A DNA stretch of 64,000 nucleotides from Iphione sp. A-MEVVRFRX5 (taxonomy: Eukaryota): positions 36,828,001 through 36,892,000 of the forward strand of contig OZ320319.1 of NCBI GenBank assembly GCA_976226885.1, given 5' to 3'. Both the position numbers and the translations under genes were made by a program. Shown here one piece after another: positions 38,903 through 51,000 of this stretch (positions are counted from its first letter, which is position 1; every line of letters starts with the position of its first letter). The notes beneath the pieces were generated by a model. It was not told the origin of the DNA. It did not search any database and saw only the letters and a program-made list of their open reading frames with translations.

Positions 38903-41900
38903 TACGTACCCAGGCTCTTGCATTTTGTCGATTTCCAAATCATTCAACGTTGACGTGTTGGTGGTAAGTGTTCCACATGACGCATGTGGGACTCCGTATG
39001 CCATTCTGTAACGGAAAGAACAAGCATTGAACCAAAGCAGCTTCAAGTAAGCGTTTCGAAGAAAACCAACGAACTCTTTTTTGAACAAAATATTTTTGGA
39101 ACACATTAGATCCTCAGAATTATATTTATTTCGAAAGAAACAAAAATGATGATTGCATTGAAAGGAAAAAATTCGGTGAAAAACTGTTTAAAACAGTTGC
39201 CTTGGACTTTTTACCTACCATGAAGCAAGTTTTGGCACAGATTATGAAAGTATCGTGTCTGTTTAAATGGTCTCCCTCCGATTATCATCGTGAATTTCGA
39301 CAGCGGTATTCATTACGTTTTGCTCGTCTTGATGTTATCAAAGGGTTAAGGGCATTCGTTATTTTCTTTTTGCACCTTGCAATGAATACCAATCTATCAT
39401 AGATATCGAGAACTGACCAAAATTATATTTCATGTCACGATGAAAATCTTGGGTAACCAGAAATATCTGCATTTATATGTGGAACAGATAGAAGAATCTG
39501 TGCTGAATTAAAGTCGTTGTGGTTTTCTCATCTAGATTTTAGGCGAAGAGGATGATGATGATTTAGAAGTTTGTATCAATTTTGTTTGTCTCATGAACTA
39601 GCCAATAGGAATAGACAACTTTAAACATAACCGATTAGCAAAAATAAAGTATCTTGGTAGAAAATGTCTCATATTAGCCCTGCCTCCACCCAAGCTCTAT
39701 ATACACTTGCATTTTTTTTCATCTGAACCCCCACCCCCACCTATAGGCAGTGTTGATAGTAACGATTTAGATATTATAATTGCTCGATGAATGACTTCTT
39801 TGTCGATCGATGTTTCTCTGGTGCCCACTAAGGTATCCCACCCGGCCCGAATCATCATATCCAGAAGCCATATTTTGATTCTGGTCCTTGGTGGCTTGTT
39901 GTCGAGTTTTGTCGTGGCTCCCAAGAAGTGAAGTGACTGCCACAAGGCACTCTTAACCGTCGTGGAAAGTGAAACTCCCATTGTTTGCTATAGTTGTTCA
40001 GGACACGTCTTGCACCTTTTGCCCAAACACAATCACCCCATGTTATCATTCGTTTAAGTCGGACCTATAGATTCCAAGACTATTCGAATATATGCACAGC
40101 GATCGTACATAGTGTACTCAAAACAGAGAGTTTGTCACAGCTCAGTGGGGAAGAGCCGCTCATTTCGGGTATTTCGGCGACATGGTTCATTTGCATATAT
40201 CAGACAAACGTGTTTGAACAGATGGTCGGTGCTGAGAATCTATAGGTCGGTGCGATTTAAGGAATGATTGATAACAAAGATGATTATTAAAATTGGAGAA
40301 ATATTGACTTGCTGTTCTACTTGTAGTTCAAGTGGCTAACTCTCATCACGCAGGATATAGTACTGATTCATCCAGCATTTTCCTTTAATTTCCATTCAAT
40401 TTTTGCCTGACCAGACAGGACTTTTAACCAAAGGACTAGCCCAGAAACACAACAAAAACTACGTTTTGCATACCAATAATTTTAAGTTCATTTAAGGAAG
40501 AATTGTGTGGAATTAACAGAAGGTTCCTGTCGCTATTTTTCTCATTTCTTAATAAATTGGTCATATATTTACTCTTACAAATAATATTCCATTTCAATAT
40601 TAGACAAAGGTATTTATTTTCCGAACACCTCTAGGATAATTCCGCTATTGTGACTGTTTGGACTCATTTTTTCAATGTGGAGCAAATTTTATCATGACTA
40701 TGAACAAGCGGATCAACAAGTTTAGAACCTGTTTTTATTTTTGATCTCATAGATCGCGAAATGTGTTTTGACCCTTTTTTATATGTTATTATGGTCGTCC
40801 TATATAGACATCATCGGACCTTCCTTTTGGTAACAGTTAGACGTATGCTGACACACTTGCACAACGAACACATGACCTCGACAAAGGACAGCAATTCCAT
40901 TTCAGGCCGAAGTTTTAGATGGTCCAACTTACATCTAAACCAAGCATCGCACCCAGACAGACAGCGGGCACTTTACTCACCGTCTTTTGTTTCAGGACTG
41001 CATGAGTGTTTAGCTTGGGCGTTTCATGTCATTCATATTTTTCCTACCATATTTGTGACTGTGGATTTTACATTGCTGTGGTCATTTGAAGGTTTACAGA
41101 AAGAACACGGGCCACTGTGTAATTCAGCCCTTGTATTTCTACTATAAATTTGACTGACAGTTTGGACGATGACACTGTCGTGCTTTTTGCATTGTTGGAC
41201 AATGGGAGAAATAACTATTATTAAGCAGTAGTAATTTTTAGACGGTAATTAGTTTAAGTAAGGAAGTCCCATATGACCGTTTGTATACCCGCTTTCTTTA
41301 TGGTGATTTAAAAATCAACTCCAAAATCCGTAAAATGACAAATCAGTCTTGATGATTATGATAAAGATACGATGATCTTCCGACCATGGGACTATCCTCC
41401 TTTAGTATTAAATTCACCTGAAGCCGATTAGTATTGGTTGTCATCAACAGTCCTGCCCTTTGATGGCTACGATTACGATACCGATTTATATCCCGTATCT
41501 GATTTCTAATTTGTGTTTGGCCAATTTATATCAGTTTCAGAGAATAACAGTTTTACCAGTAGGTATACGGTGTATCGTAGCTCACCCGACATCGCTTCAC
41601 GTTTCTTTGTCTTTAATCACCTTTGGTTTAATTCTGCTCCTTGTCCCCCCTCCCCCATAGACCTACCCCCGACACCTTATACTGTGTGGGTTGACACTGT
41701 CCGTGACCCGACATCTACCTAGTGAAAACCTTACGTTTACCCTAGTGCACCGAGCTGTAGATATACTTCTATCCACAAGTACATTTAGGGATTGCCCATG
41801 CCACCTCGGTATGCCGTTCACTGGGGGTGATCATATCAAATGTTCAAATCTAAATCTAAATTTGTCTATGCCATCGGCCAGAGATGAGGGCAAATAATAA

Positions 41901-44900
41901 CTCCTCGTCAAGCTCAATTTGAACGTGCTGGCAATTTTCTTAATTGGTTCGGGGCTCGTGTTATTTTTTCTTCTTCTCTCTGCCAAAATAATGAACTTGA
42001 GTGCAAGAACCTCAGTGGATCAGCGCTAGAACTCAAGAGGAACAAAACCAAACTGAATGCCTATTTGTCTTAGCGACCTGCTCTATCACTGCCATCCGTC
42101 CTGGCTCCTGACCCTTACCTCCCTTACATCCCAGAACGATGAGTATGTGCTGTTCTCTGTGTATTGTGACTCTTGTTCCACTACTGCTACAGTCTGACCC
42201 GTGCCTCGTGACTAAACAACTCTCGCTGCCAGGTGGCATTTCGATGCAGACTGATCCAGCCTCCTTCTGAGCTGACTTTCGCCTGACCCACTGTGACCTC
42301 TGACCTCAAGATATCTCGACCTTCAGGTTCTCACTTATTAGCACTGGAGCAGACACTCGGGACAAAACTAGATACTTAAACAAACTAACCTATTTGACTT
42401 GCCCCATATACACACACGCCCTCCTTATTTGCGCTATATCTTAAAAGTGTTTGATGCTAAACACTTCCCTGTCCACATGGGCATGAGTTTTCCAGGAAAG
42501 TACAAATGTCGTACAGTCTTCTGAAACATGCCGTTTTCGCGCATATCATAATTCTTTCTCATTGAATACCTCTTCGATTTCGAGTGTGTGTATGGAGGGG
42601 GGTGGATCTTTCCTCAATAAAGCGATCGCTATGCGGGACGAATCAATACCATGTGTGTAGCATCAAACACTTCAGCTCTGCACTTTTTACCCGACATGAC
42701 TGGCCGCTCTTACTTCTACCTGCATGCTACTCTCATCACATTTTAAAAAGCGCTTCTTTCCGCATAAAACAATAGGTTGCAGTCAACCGGAGGGCCCCCA
42801 ATATACGCCTAAATATAATTTCTAGTGAAACCAATCTCCTTTTGCCGTCTTTGATGAGGTCTATTAATTTTGAGGAATATGCTGAATTTGATGGATTTTT
42901 GCACCTTTTTTTCTCGTAATGTTGTTGGAGTATCATTGGATCCTTCCTTATGATAAAATAATGGCTGTGTGCATTGAATTTTGTGGAAAAACATGCAACT
43001 AGATTTATTACCTTTTGGCTCACCAAAAATGTGCAAGCTTTGTTCCATATGTCACCTCTACGTTGTGACATAATTATATCGTATAGCAAACATATTGTAA
43101 AATTGTAAATATAAATTATATATATTTACATACTCATAAATGTATATATCCTTTGTTGCACCAAATTTGACTTTTCAAGAGTAAAGTATTCCTCGTAGTT
43201 TAAAAAAATTTCTTGTGGGATGTAGTAGCAACTCAAGATAGCACGGAAGTTCAATTAAGTCACTGGAAGATAAATATCTAGTAACAAAGCGAACTGATCA
43301 CATGCTAGTATTAAATGCAAAACCTTTCTAGTAACTATCCTTAAGAAAAGAGAGGAGCTTTAACAAAACTATACCCCGATTTTTAAAACGTCGGAATCTA
43401 ATATTTCAACACCACCTAAACACCAGTCACTATTCCAATGACATTCAGGATCGGGCACATTTTACTTTAGGAATCCACAAACCCAAATACTGGATCTATT
43501 AAAAGCCTCCCAAACAGCTCCCTGTGTTTGTAAACCATTTCTTAACTATAAGCTTTCGAAAACACTCTCTTCTTACTTAAAACCATAGGCACCACCTACG
43601 CCATCCTCTCCCCAGCCAGCATGACCTTATGACCTTGGCATGACTGCTGCTTCCTGATGAAATTGAAAACGCTGTCTACTGACCTATACCCTGTTGGTTG
43701 TGTATGACGCAATTCTTGCTATGATTTTGACATTTGTACTAAGTAGCTTACAGTTAGATTTTGTCCTTCTCTGCCCAACTGTAATTTTTTAACATTACCG
43801 ACTGTGTATCTAGTGTGACTGTATATACCTACATTGACCATTTTGTTTTATGATGTACATAATTTATAGTGTTGCTAACTGATAACGTGTAACTTTACGG
43901 ACTTAACCGAATATGGACTGGTCACGTCAACATGACTATTGCTTTAATAAGGATAAAGCCACAGAGACTACAGTAAATTATGTAAGACTACAGTACCACT
44001 CGTACACCTACGGCAACTTTCAAAGAACAGAAGTATAGACGTAAACGATCATGTAGCGTAACAAACTTTGAGTTATATTTGACCTGATTGACTTACATTT
44101 GGTAAAGAGAATGATTGAAGGACTTACGCTGATTAACCGAGATTGTGACTAACCTGCTACGCAAAGTAACCGATTGACTACACCAACTACCACTGATATT
44201 TCTTGCCTTAATGTTACCGACTGACTTGATTGTAACTGTTTTTCGTTGGCGAGGAGCTCTCAGCGGAGCAAACTAAGTGCCTCGAGAGACGGACCCTTAT
44301 GTCATATGTATGTATGAGACATTGTGTTCACGTTGTGTTACATTGCCGCTCAATGACGCGGTCTTTTGTTTCCCTTTCCTGCTTTCCCTCATGAAGACAA
44401 TGGCCGTAAGCGTTCACATTAGTCTTTGCATGCTTCCTCAATGACTATATTATAAATATATGTATGTATCTATATATATCTACATTCACTTAGACCAACT
44501 GTTATTGCCACTGGGTGTTTTTTTCCTTATATGATGAGAGAATTGAGACACTGTTCGACTGATGATGAATGTGACGTTTCTTTAGTTTGTAACACGTGGT
44601 ACCGGTTTAGTGGTCACATGACTAGCTTCTGGTAGCCGGATCAGATTTGATTGGCCCACGTTTCAGACGCTTCGCGCGTAGGATCAGTGTTGTTTGTTGT
44701 CAGCTCTAACTAGACCTTGACTACTATTTGATTTCACAACTTGAGAACTACCTTTTTGTTTCTTTCCTACCTAGACGGAGTTGATTTCTGTTCGTTTTTT
44801 CTTCTAACCTTGCTGGTATACTTGACGTGTGTCTCATTGTAATGACGAGGCGTCTTCTTTCAAGTTCGCATACAAACTTCCCCCCTTGCGCAGTGACCCC

Positions 44901-44988
44901 CCGGCGACTAAAACTAAGTATTTTTCTTGCAGGCGACGGTCCAGCCCAAACCTTTTACTTATACCTGTACACTTACCCTTTCTTCCAG

Positions 44989-45152
44989 ACGATCTGCAAT
45001 TTCCTTACGGTTGGCTCGTACGTGCGCGCAATTCCTCACAGCCCTGAGCTACCGTCTGGTGCTCGAATTGATCACGTCATTGCAATCCCCCAAGAACCCC
45101 GAAAAAAGACGAAAATCCATTGGTTTCTCTGTGAAAACGATGACGAACTCAA
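44989..45152 (+). CDS. PH-domain exon: TICNFLTVGSYVRAIPHSPELPSGARIDHVIAIPQEPRKKTKIHWFLCENDDEL
   Basis: Context ttaccctttcttccag|...AA|gtaagt, 164 nt, phase 0 to 2. Encodes the PH beta5-beta7 strands and the start of the helix. Confidence 0.92.
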
Positions 45153-45498
45153 GTAAGTTAGCATGAGTCAAGTGCGTAAGTATCTTAGTAAACGAACCAT
45201 GATCATAGCTGTAGGGAAACAACATTCATTTGCAAGAATGTGATGAAGATCTCTATTACATCTATTATAAAGAAATAAATGGACATCTGTACTTTATCCA
45301 GCAAGGCTAAGTCTGAGGAAGAATAAACACACCAGGCATGTTCATTGTACTCTCCTTAAAGAAAACCAGAAATGTACCACCGAATCGTTTCAAGCTCGGA
45401 GCTTGAAAACCATCTGGTGCATTACCGTACCTTAGATTCGGTGTTAAAATGAACGTACCGTGAGTCCATGTTATCCACAAATTTCTGTTTTATTACAG

Positions 45499-45526
45499 TG
45501 AATGGATGTCTGCTATTTGTAGTACA
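45499..45526 (+). CDS. 28-nt microexon encoding the PH C-terminal helix (N)EWMSAICST
   Basis: Context tttctgttttattacag|...ACA|gtaagt, phase 2 to 0. It supplies the invariant PH helix Trp and bridges the phases of the flanking exons. Confidence 0.87.
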
Positions 45527-45784
45527 GTAAGTGTTATTTTAAATATCTATAAAGCGATCAAACTTGAAATCTCTTACTGAACATGAATTCTCCAAACAAT
45601 ATCCATTTCGCCCTTTCAAGGTGAACGTGAAATATTATATGATAAAATATATATTATATAAATCAACCCATAAGAGTTGATCTACAGACGTAAAATTTCA
45701 CTATCTGTCCCTTTCGCAAAGATAACCTCTTGTTCCGATGTGATTTTAATACATGTACATTGTTTTCTTCGTTTGTCTTGCCAG

Positions 45785-45968
45785 TTACCCGAGCCCCCGA
45801 AAGAACCGGAGCCAGAGAAGGCGGCACCACAGCCCCCGGTGTCGCCATCTGCTCACAAGGGTGTGTCCCACTCTGGTATGCCCCCTGCTACCCTTTCCGG
45901 TCACATTCCCCCATACCCCTCCGCAGGAAGCCACCCTGCCCAACTAGGCTTTGAATCCTTCACGTCAA
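45785..45968 (+). CDS. Pro-rich linker exon: LPEPPKEPEPEKAAPQPP...HIPPYPSAG...FESFTS
   Basis: Context tcgtttgtcttgccag|...A|gtaagt, 184 nt, phase 0 to 1, open. Confidence 0.88.
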
Positions 45969-47350
45969 GTAAGTACCATCTCATTTTGAGCTCTCGCTTC
46001 TTTAATTTACATACGAACCTGAATTGCCGGCCGTCGGTAGAGTGGTGCCCTCCAGCGGCCAGTCGGAGAAGAGGTTTTATTTTCAAGAAGGCCCAACGTC
46101 AGTATCGTTTTCTTGGAAGTGTCCAAGTCAAACATGATGCCCTAGATTCTTTCCTCTTTTACGATTAGATAGACCAGTTGCTGTTTCTTAATCTGAAATC
46201 TGAAACCCCTCCCCCTGAAAAAAAAACACTTCCGTGTCCTTAATAAAAGTACAGTGTAGAAGAATTTTGGTTCTTACGCTTAAAGAACTAAAAGTACACA
46301 TTCTGTCACAGATGAATACATGGCAGGTATCATTCGCACATTAAAGTTGCAATTTTGTGTGTGGTGTAGCTTCTGAAAGAACTGCAAATATACTAGCAAG
46401 CTACAATATCTTTTACATGCCTGACAGTTATTTAATGTAGAGTACTTCGAGTATCTTTACACAGTTCGGTGATTTTCTTCTATCATTAAGGGTGATGTAC
46501 TTTAGACCACATTGATTTGAGTCAATAATGGGAAGTATTCTATTTTGTTAGTACTATTTAATTGTTTGTGTAAGAGTAAGGTTTTCCCGTCAGACGGGCG
46601 TGCATATCATTTCATAATTATCAGATTATCTTATTTTTTGTTCGTCAGTATCTTGAACTTGTATATTTGTGTCACAATTAAAATATCACCATGGTGTACT
46701 GTCATTTAACCTTTTCAACTGTAAAAAACACTTATGTATTGGAATGTAACAGTTCCTCGGCTTCGGGCCTTCAAGAATGAAGGGGATCCGAAGTAGTATT
46801 TTTTTTAATATGTTACACACTTTGCTTTTGAAAAGGTTAAGTGCTCATTATATTTACGGCTGATTGAATAAACTGAGAAGAATGGTAAAGACTCCTTTAA
46901 GCCAAAGCCCAAAGCATCAATACCTCACACACGACAACCACAGGCATATCCCAGCTTGCCTTCTATAGCGAAAGAAACAACTGCAACCGTCACACTACAC
47001 ATTATAAGCAATCGGATCTTTCATTATCTCATTAAGGTATAGATTAAAGTTAGAGTAGCTTCATGAGGCACCCCATGACGACTTTAGCAAAACATAAGAA
47101 ATTTAATCAAGTATCAAAATATTTATATGGTATGCACTAAGGTCTGGTGAATTTTCTTTTTCGTTTGTTTAGTTCTGTGTTTTGGGAGGGACTCGTTGTT
47201 TTCACAGTATATATAGATGTTGTAGTATTTTTCTCCAGACTTTAGTGGCACATTGTCTCGTACCGTGGTGGGTATCAAGGATAGGGCAGGACATGCGGAC
47301 AGTCGTGATGGACATCCTGGACCACTGTGTATAACGGGGACCTACCTAAC

Positions 47351-47475
47351 GGACCGTGATGCCCAGACCTCAGACTGTGACGCGCACTATCACGGACGGT
47401 GACTTTGAGACCTTGTGACCAGGACAGTGACATGCACCCTGCCAGACAGTGACATCTTGCCTGGACTCGCTGACC
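47351..47475. repeat. Degenerate minisatellite, period about 21-22 nt (core GGAC/AGAC-N-GTGA)
   Basis: Cores at 47351, 47372, 47394, 47422, 47444 and 47463 (spacings 21, 22, 28, 22, 19). Confidence 0.4.
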
Positions 47476-47651
47476 ATGTCCTTGTGTGTCTCTGGACGGA
47501 CACTGTGTGTTTGGGGAAGGGCTTTCCTTCGTTCCCTTCACGGTACTATTGCTGAAAGGTGTACTTTTTTGGTGTCATATATCATATATAAGTCAATGGT
47601 TTTCTTGCACCCGCAGTGGGGCAGATGTTATAACATGTCTGTTGGTTACAG

Positions 47652-48095
47652 ACCCACCGCCATACAGTGCGGTCCCACCGCCAGTCTCTGGGAATGCCTC
47701 TGCCCCTCCCGCCCCTTCCCATGCCCCTCCCCCGCCAGGTGGCCCCCCACCCCCAACTGCCACCTACGTCCAGCCGATGCAGGCGGCGCCGTTGCAAAGT
47801 CAACCCTATCCGTACGCCAGTGCGGGAGGGCAGCCACCCTATGGGCAGCAACCGCCCTATGGGCAGCAGCCACCCTATGGCCAGCCACCACCGCCTGGCC
47901 AAGTGCCCTATGGTCAGCCGGCTCCCTACCAGCAGCAGCCTTACCAGCAGCCCTATGGTCAGCCTCCGTATGGTCAGCCACCATACGCTGGCCAGCCACC
48001 CTATGGCCAACAGCCCTATGGCCAACAGCCCTATGGCCAACAGCAGCCCACTGGCCAGCCACAGTACTACCCTCAGCAGCAGCCACCACATCCAG
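47652..48095 (+). CDS. PPPY motif plus (GQ/QQ)PPY low-complexity exon
   Basis: Context gtctgttggttacag|AC...CCAG|gtaaag, 444 nt, phase 1 to 1. Reads [11 protein letters not shown]...[18 protein letters not shown]...[10 protein letters not shown]. Confidence 0.92.
47829..48043 (+). repeat. Coding tandem repeats (15-18-nt units; CCCTATGGCCAACAG x3 at 47999-48043)
   Basis: Exact 15-nt triplet plus imperfect GGGCAGCA(A/G)CC(G/A)CCCTAT units, all in frame. Confidence 0.9.
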
Positions 48096-51000
48096 GTAAA
48101 GTATTCCCTCTCCCAGTCTTAAATAAGTCAAGTAAACAAAACAAAACCATCCGTCACCAAGCAAACAGCTGACACCACCTCCCTTAAAAATCTAGAATAT
48201 TCAGTATCAGCTTACAAAAAAAAATACATGAACACCTCTATCCTTCTCCTTCTCCCGTTGATTGTGATGAGATGTCTCAGAGCAGCTGTTTGTTTGTGAT
48301 CTTCGTTAACTCCCCAAATAACAAGTTGCTAAACACACTAACACACAAGAGAACAATATGGACTCCCTCAACATCTGATCGGGCTGGGCATACTATTCGT
48401 CTGTGTGTCACTTTGGGCGATTGGCTTCTTCTTCCTGCTTGTGGCACAATACTTATAGCATTCAGTAACATGACCTAATCAGAGAACCCCCCTGTACTAA
48501 CGACCATTAGCCGTCCCGTATAACAGGTTTTAGAACAGAACGACACAGATATTTCGAGTGTCTTGGATGACTGCTATGAATATAAAGCCACCGTCTTGCT
48601 TCAGACAGTGTCGTCTGCCGCGCTCTTGCCGTTTGCAAGCCAATCCACAAGATTCCTTATGGAGTTGGCTTAGTCGAGTGTGCTGCCGCCTTGTGTTGGC
48701 TTGTGAAAACAGGCCTCCTGTGTGAGACACTAGGTGTCCCTTCAGAGAGCCCAGAAAGCAGACGCCGGTGGAGTCACCCGGAGGGGGAAGAATGTCCCGC
48801 GTGCGGGAAGGAGCATGCATTTGAAGCTCCGTCGTCAGCCACGGAAAGTTTAGACGCTCCATGATGTGTGACATAGTCCAACGCTTTGTTCACTCAGGTC
48901 CCAAGACTCGGCGTCACAGTGCCGAACCAGCAGTAGGCCGCCTGATGGTACCAAAGGTGTTGGGTTCCAGTCTGAGCCTGTGTTCCTGGCGGCCCAGCGA
49001 ACACTGGCCCGAGACGAAACAAAAACCCACTCAGGGCGAGAGTCCCGGCTCTTTACCCGGTCGTTACGGAGAACAGCCACACTTCACTCACATATCGTTG
49101 TCTCCCAACCTGGAGAACAGTTGTTTTCGTGGTCACTGGCCAGGTACTGATCGCCCCCAGCTACCGCTACTGCTACCGCTGCGGCGGCGGCGGCGGTGGA
49201 CACCCAGCCGCAATCCTTGTATTTCTGTCTCATCTACCTCGCTGTACATTCTTTCATCATGTGTAGCCACAGCCACCCACTGGCCCTATTTAAAACCTGG
49301 CAGGATGGTCTGCCGGAGCCGAGCGGTCCTCGGGATCGCAGGGCCCTCCCTCTCGTCCTCTGCGCCGTAGCGGCCATCTTGAACAGGGCTTTAAATAGGC
49401 GTCACCTTCACCACTCTGTGTGTGTGGACCACTCTGGCTTGGTGGTGCCGATACCATCAGAAAAATTAAAGACGCCATTATCAAGCTTTTTTGGTAAAAA
49501 AAAGAAACTGCCTCGTTTGCAGTGATCAGCGGCGCCACCAGCAGCCATATTCGTACCTAGGGCTTGCACTGTGCCCATGACAATGAAGTCATGTGACCCG
49601 CTCTTCACCACAGCGGCCCTCGCTAATCCAGCCCGTTAGATTCCCTTCATTTCTCCTCCAATAGCAATCTCTTTATCAAGCTCCCTAGAAATACGGCAAA
49701 TTATCTACCTGTTTCTTATCTTTCCATAACAAAAATGAACCCCTTAGAAAAAAAAAACATTTAGAAAAACAACTAGAAACAATGTCTACCACGTTATAAC
49801 ATATTTTCAGATTCTGTCCTTTATTCCATGAACATTGTATACAAAGCTTTTGTCTAATACTCTCAATTGTATTCCTATTGGTGGAGAAACTGAAGCGTCT
49901 GACACCGTGCACACAGTCAATGTTGTCCAGGGTTGAACCAACAAATCACCATCCTTTCCTACGCAGGCATGGTTGATTGCTGCCTACGATTACATACAAA
50001 GACACTATAGTACCTCTAATCATCCCGCTGTTGCCCCTCCCCTACGTAGTGATACATCCAGATGCCGTGAGAACGAACCCCTGGTTTATACAGATGAGCT
50101 AGGCTAAGAACTGACAGCCGCATAACGAAATATCAAGAATTTATGTCATACCAATACTTGTCTTCCTGGGTTTCTTGAAGTTACTGTCGTCTCCTGACCC
50201 TAAACGCCAGAAGCAATCGATTTTGGTAGCACCACTTTTGAGAGGCCTCTATTTTCTATGCTCAGCGCCATCACTCTATAGGTTAAATGTAGTCTCGAAA
50301 ACTATTTTTGGTAAACCATCATTCAGTTGCCGGTAATCTGCTGCTCTGTTTTTTTGCATGCATTTTGCAGGTTTGTTTTTTTTCTCGTACATTTTGCTTC
50401 GTCCCAACGAACACTCCTACAGTTTTTGGTTCCGCCTTTAACATTTAACTATTTTAAGCTCATTGAAAAGAAACACAATTCAAAGTTTTCCATATCTTGA
50501 AGCATGATAAGCAACGTCAATTACGGCAACGCATTCTGTATTTAGTTTTTGTATTAAGTATTCACTTTTAGCCTAAAGTTTAAACGTATCTCACAACTGC
50601 CTCCTTATTTGAAATAACACGTTAAGAAATGAAAATTCATCAAAATCTTCACTTTTTCTCCTCGTGCTTCAGTATTTCTTAAAGTAGCTCATTAATTATA
50701 ACCCTGTTTCTGTGGCACAGTGTGTATGTCGCCATTAAAGACAGCTGCTCGATTCTAGCCCCTACGAGGTTGTCACGAAGTCACTATACTGTATGTATAT
50801 ATATGTTTATATACATGTACATATATACAGTGTCACTGCGCAGTAGGTCGATTCACTAGCTTACGATATAGCTGCGGTGACAACACAGGTGACACGACTA
50901 CCGCTGACAACGCAGACTCCCCCTCTCGCTTGTCATTGGTGGTGTACGCCCTGCTGCTAACTCCGCGGCGTTGTCCAACAGGCACGCTTCCTTCACCACC

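Noticed and set aside
42294-42306. Perfect DR1 nuclear-receptor element (TGACCTCTGACCT)
   Set aside because: It is an isolated motif within TGACC-rich, repeat-like sequence, with no supporting context.
47449-48164. Long ORFs 47449-48099(+), 47667-48122(+), 47582-48091(-) and 47646-48164(-)
   Set aside because: They are shadow frames of the repetitive PY exon. Only the 47486 frame has matching splice phases.
48945-48965. Peptide GTKGVG repeated in an intron and in exon 53008
   Set aside because: A 6-aa match is expected by chance across six frames of 64 kb, and flanking similarity is weak.
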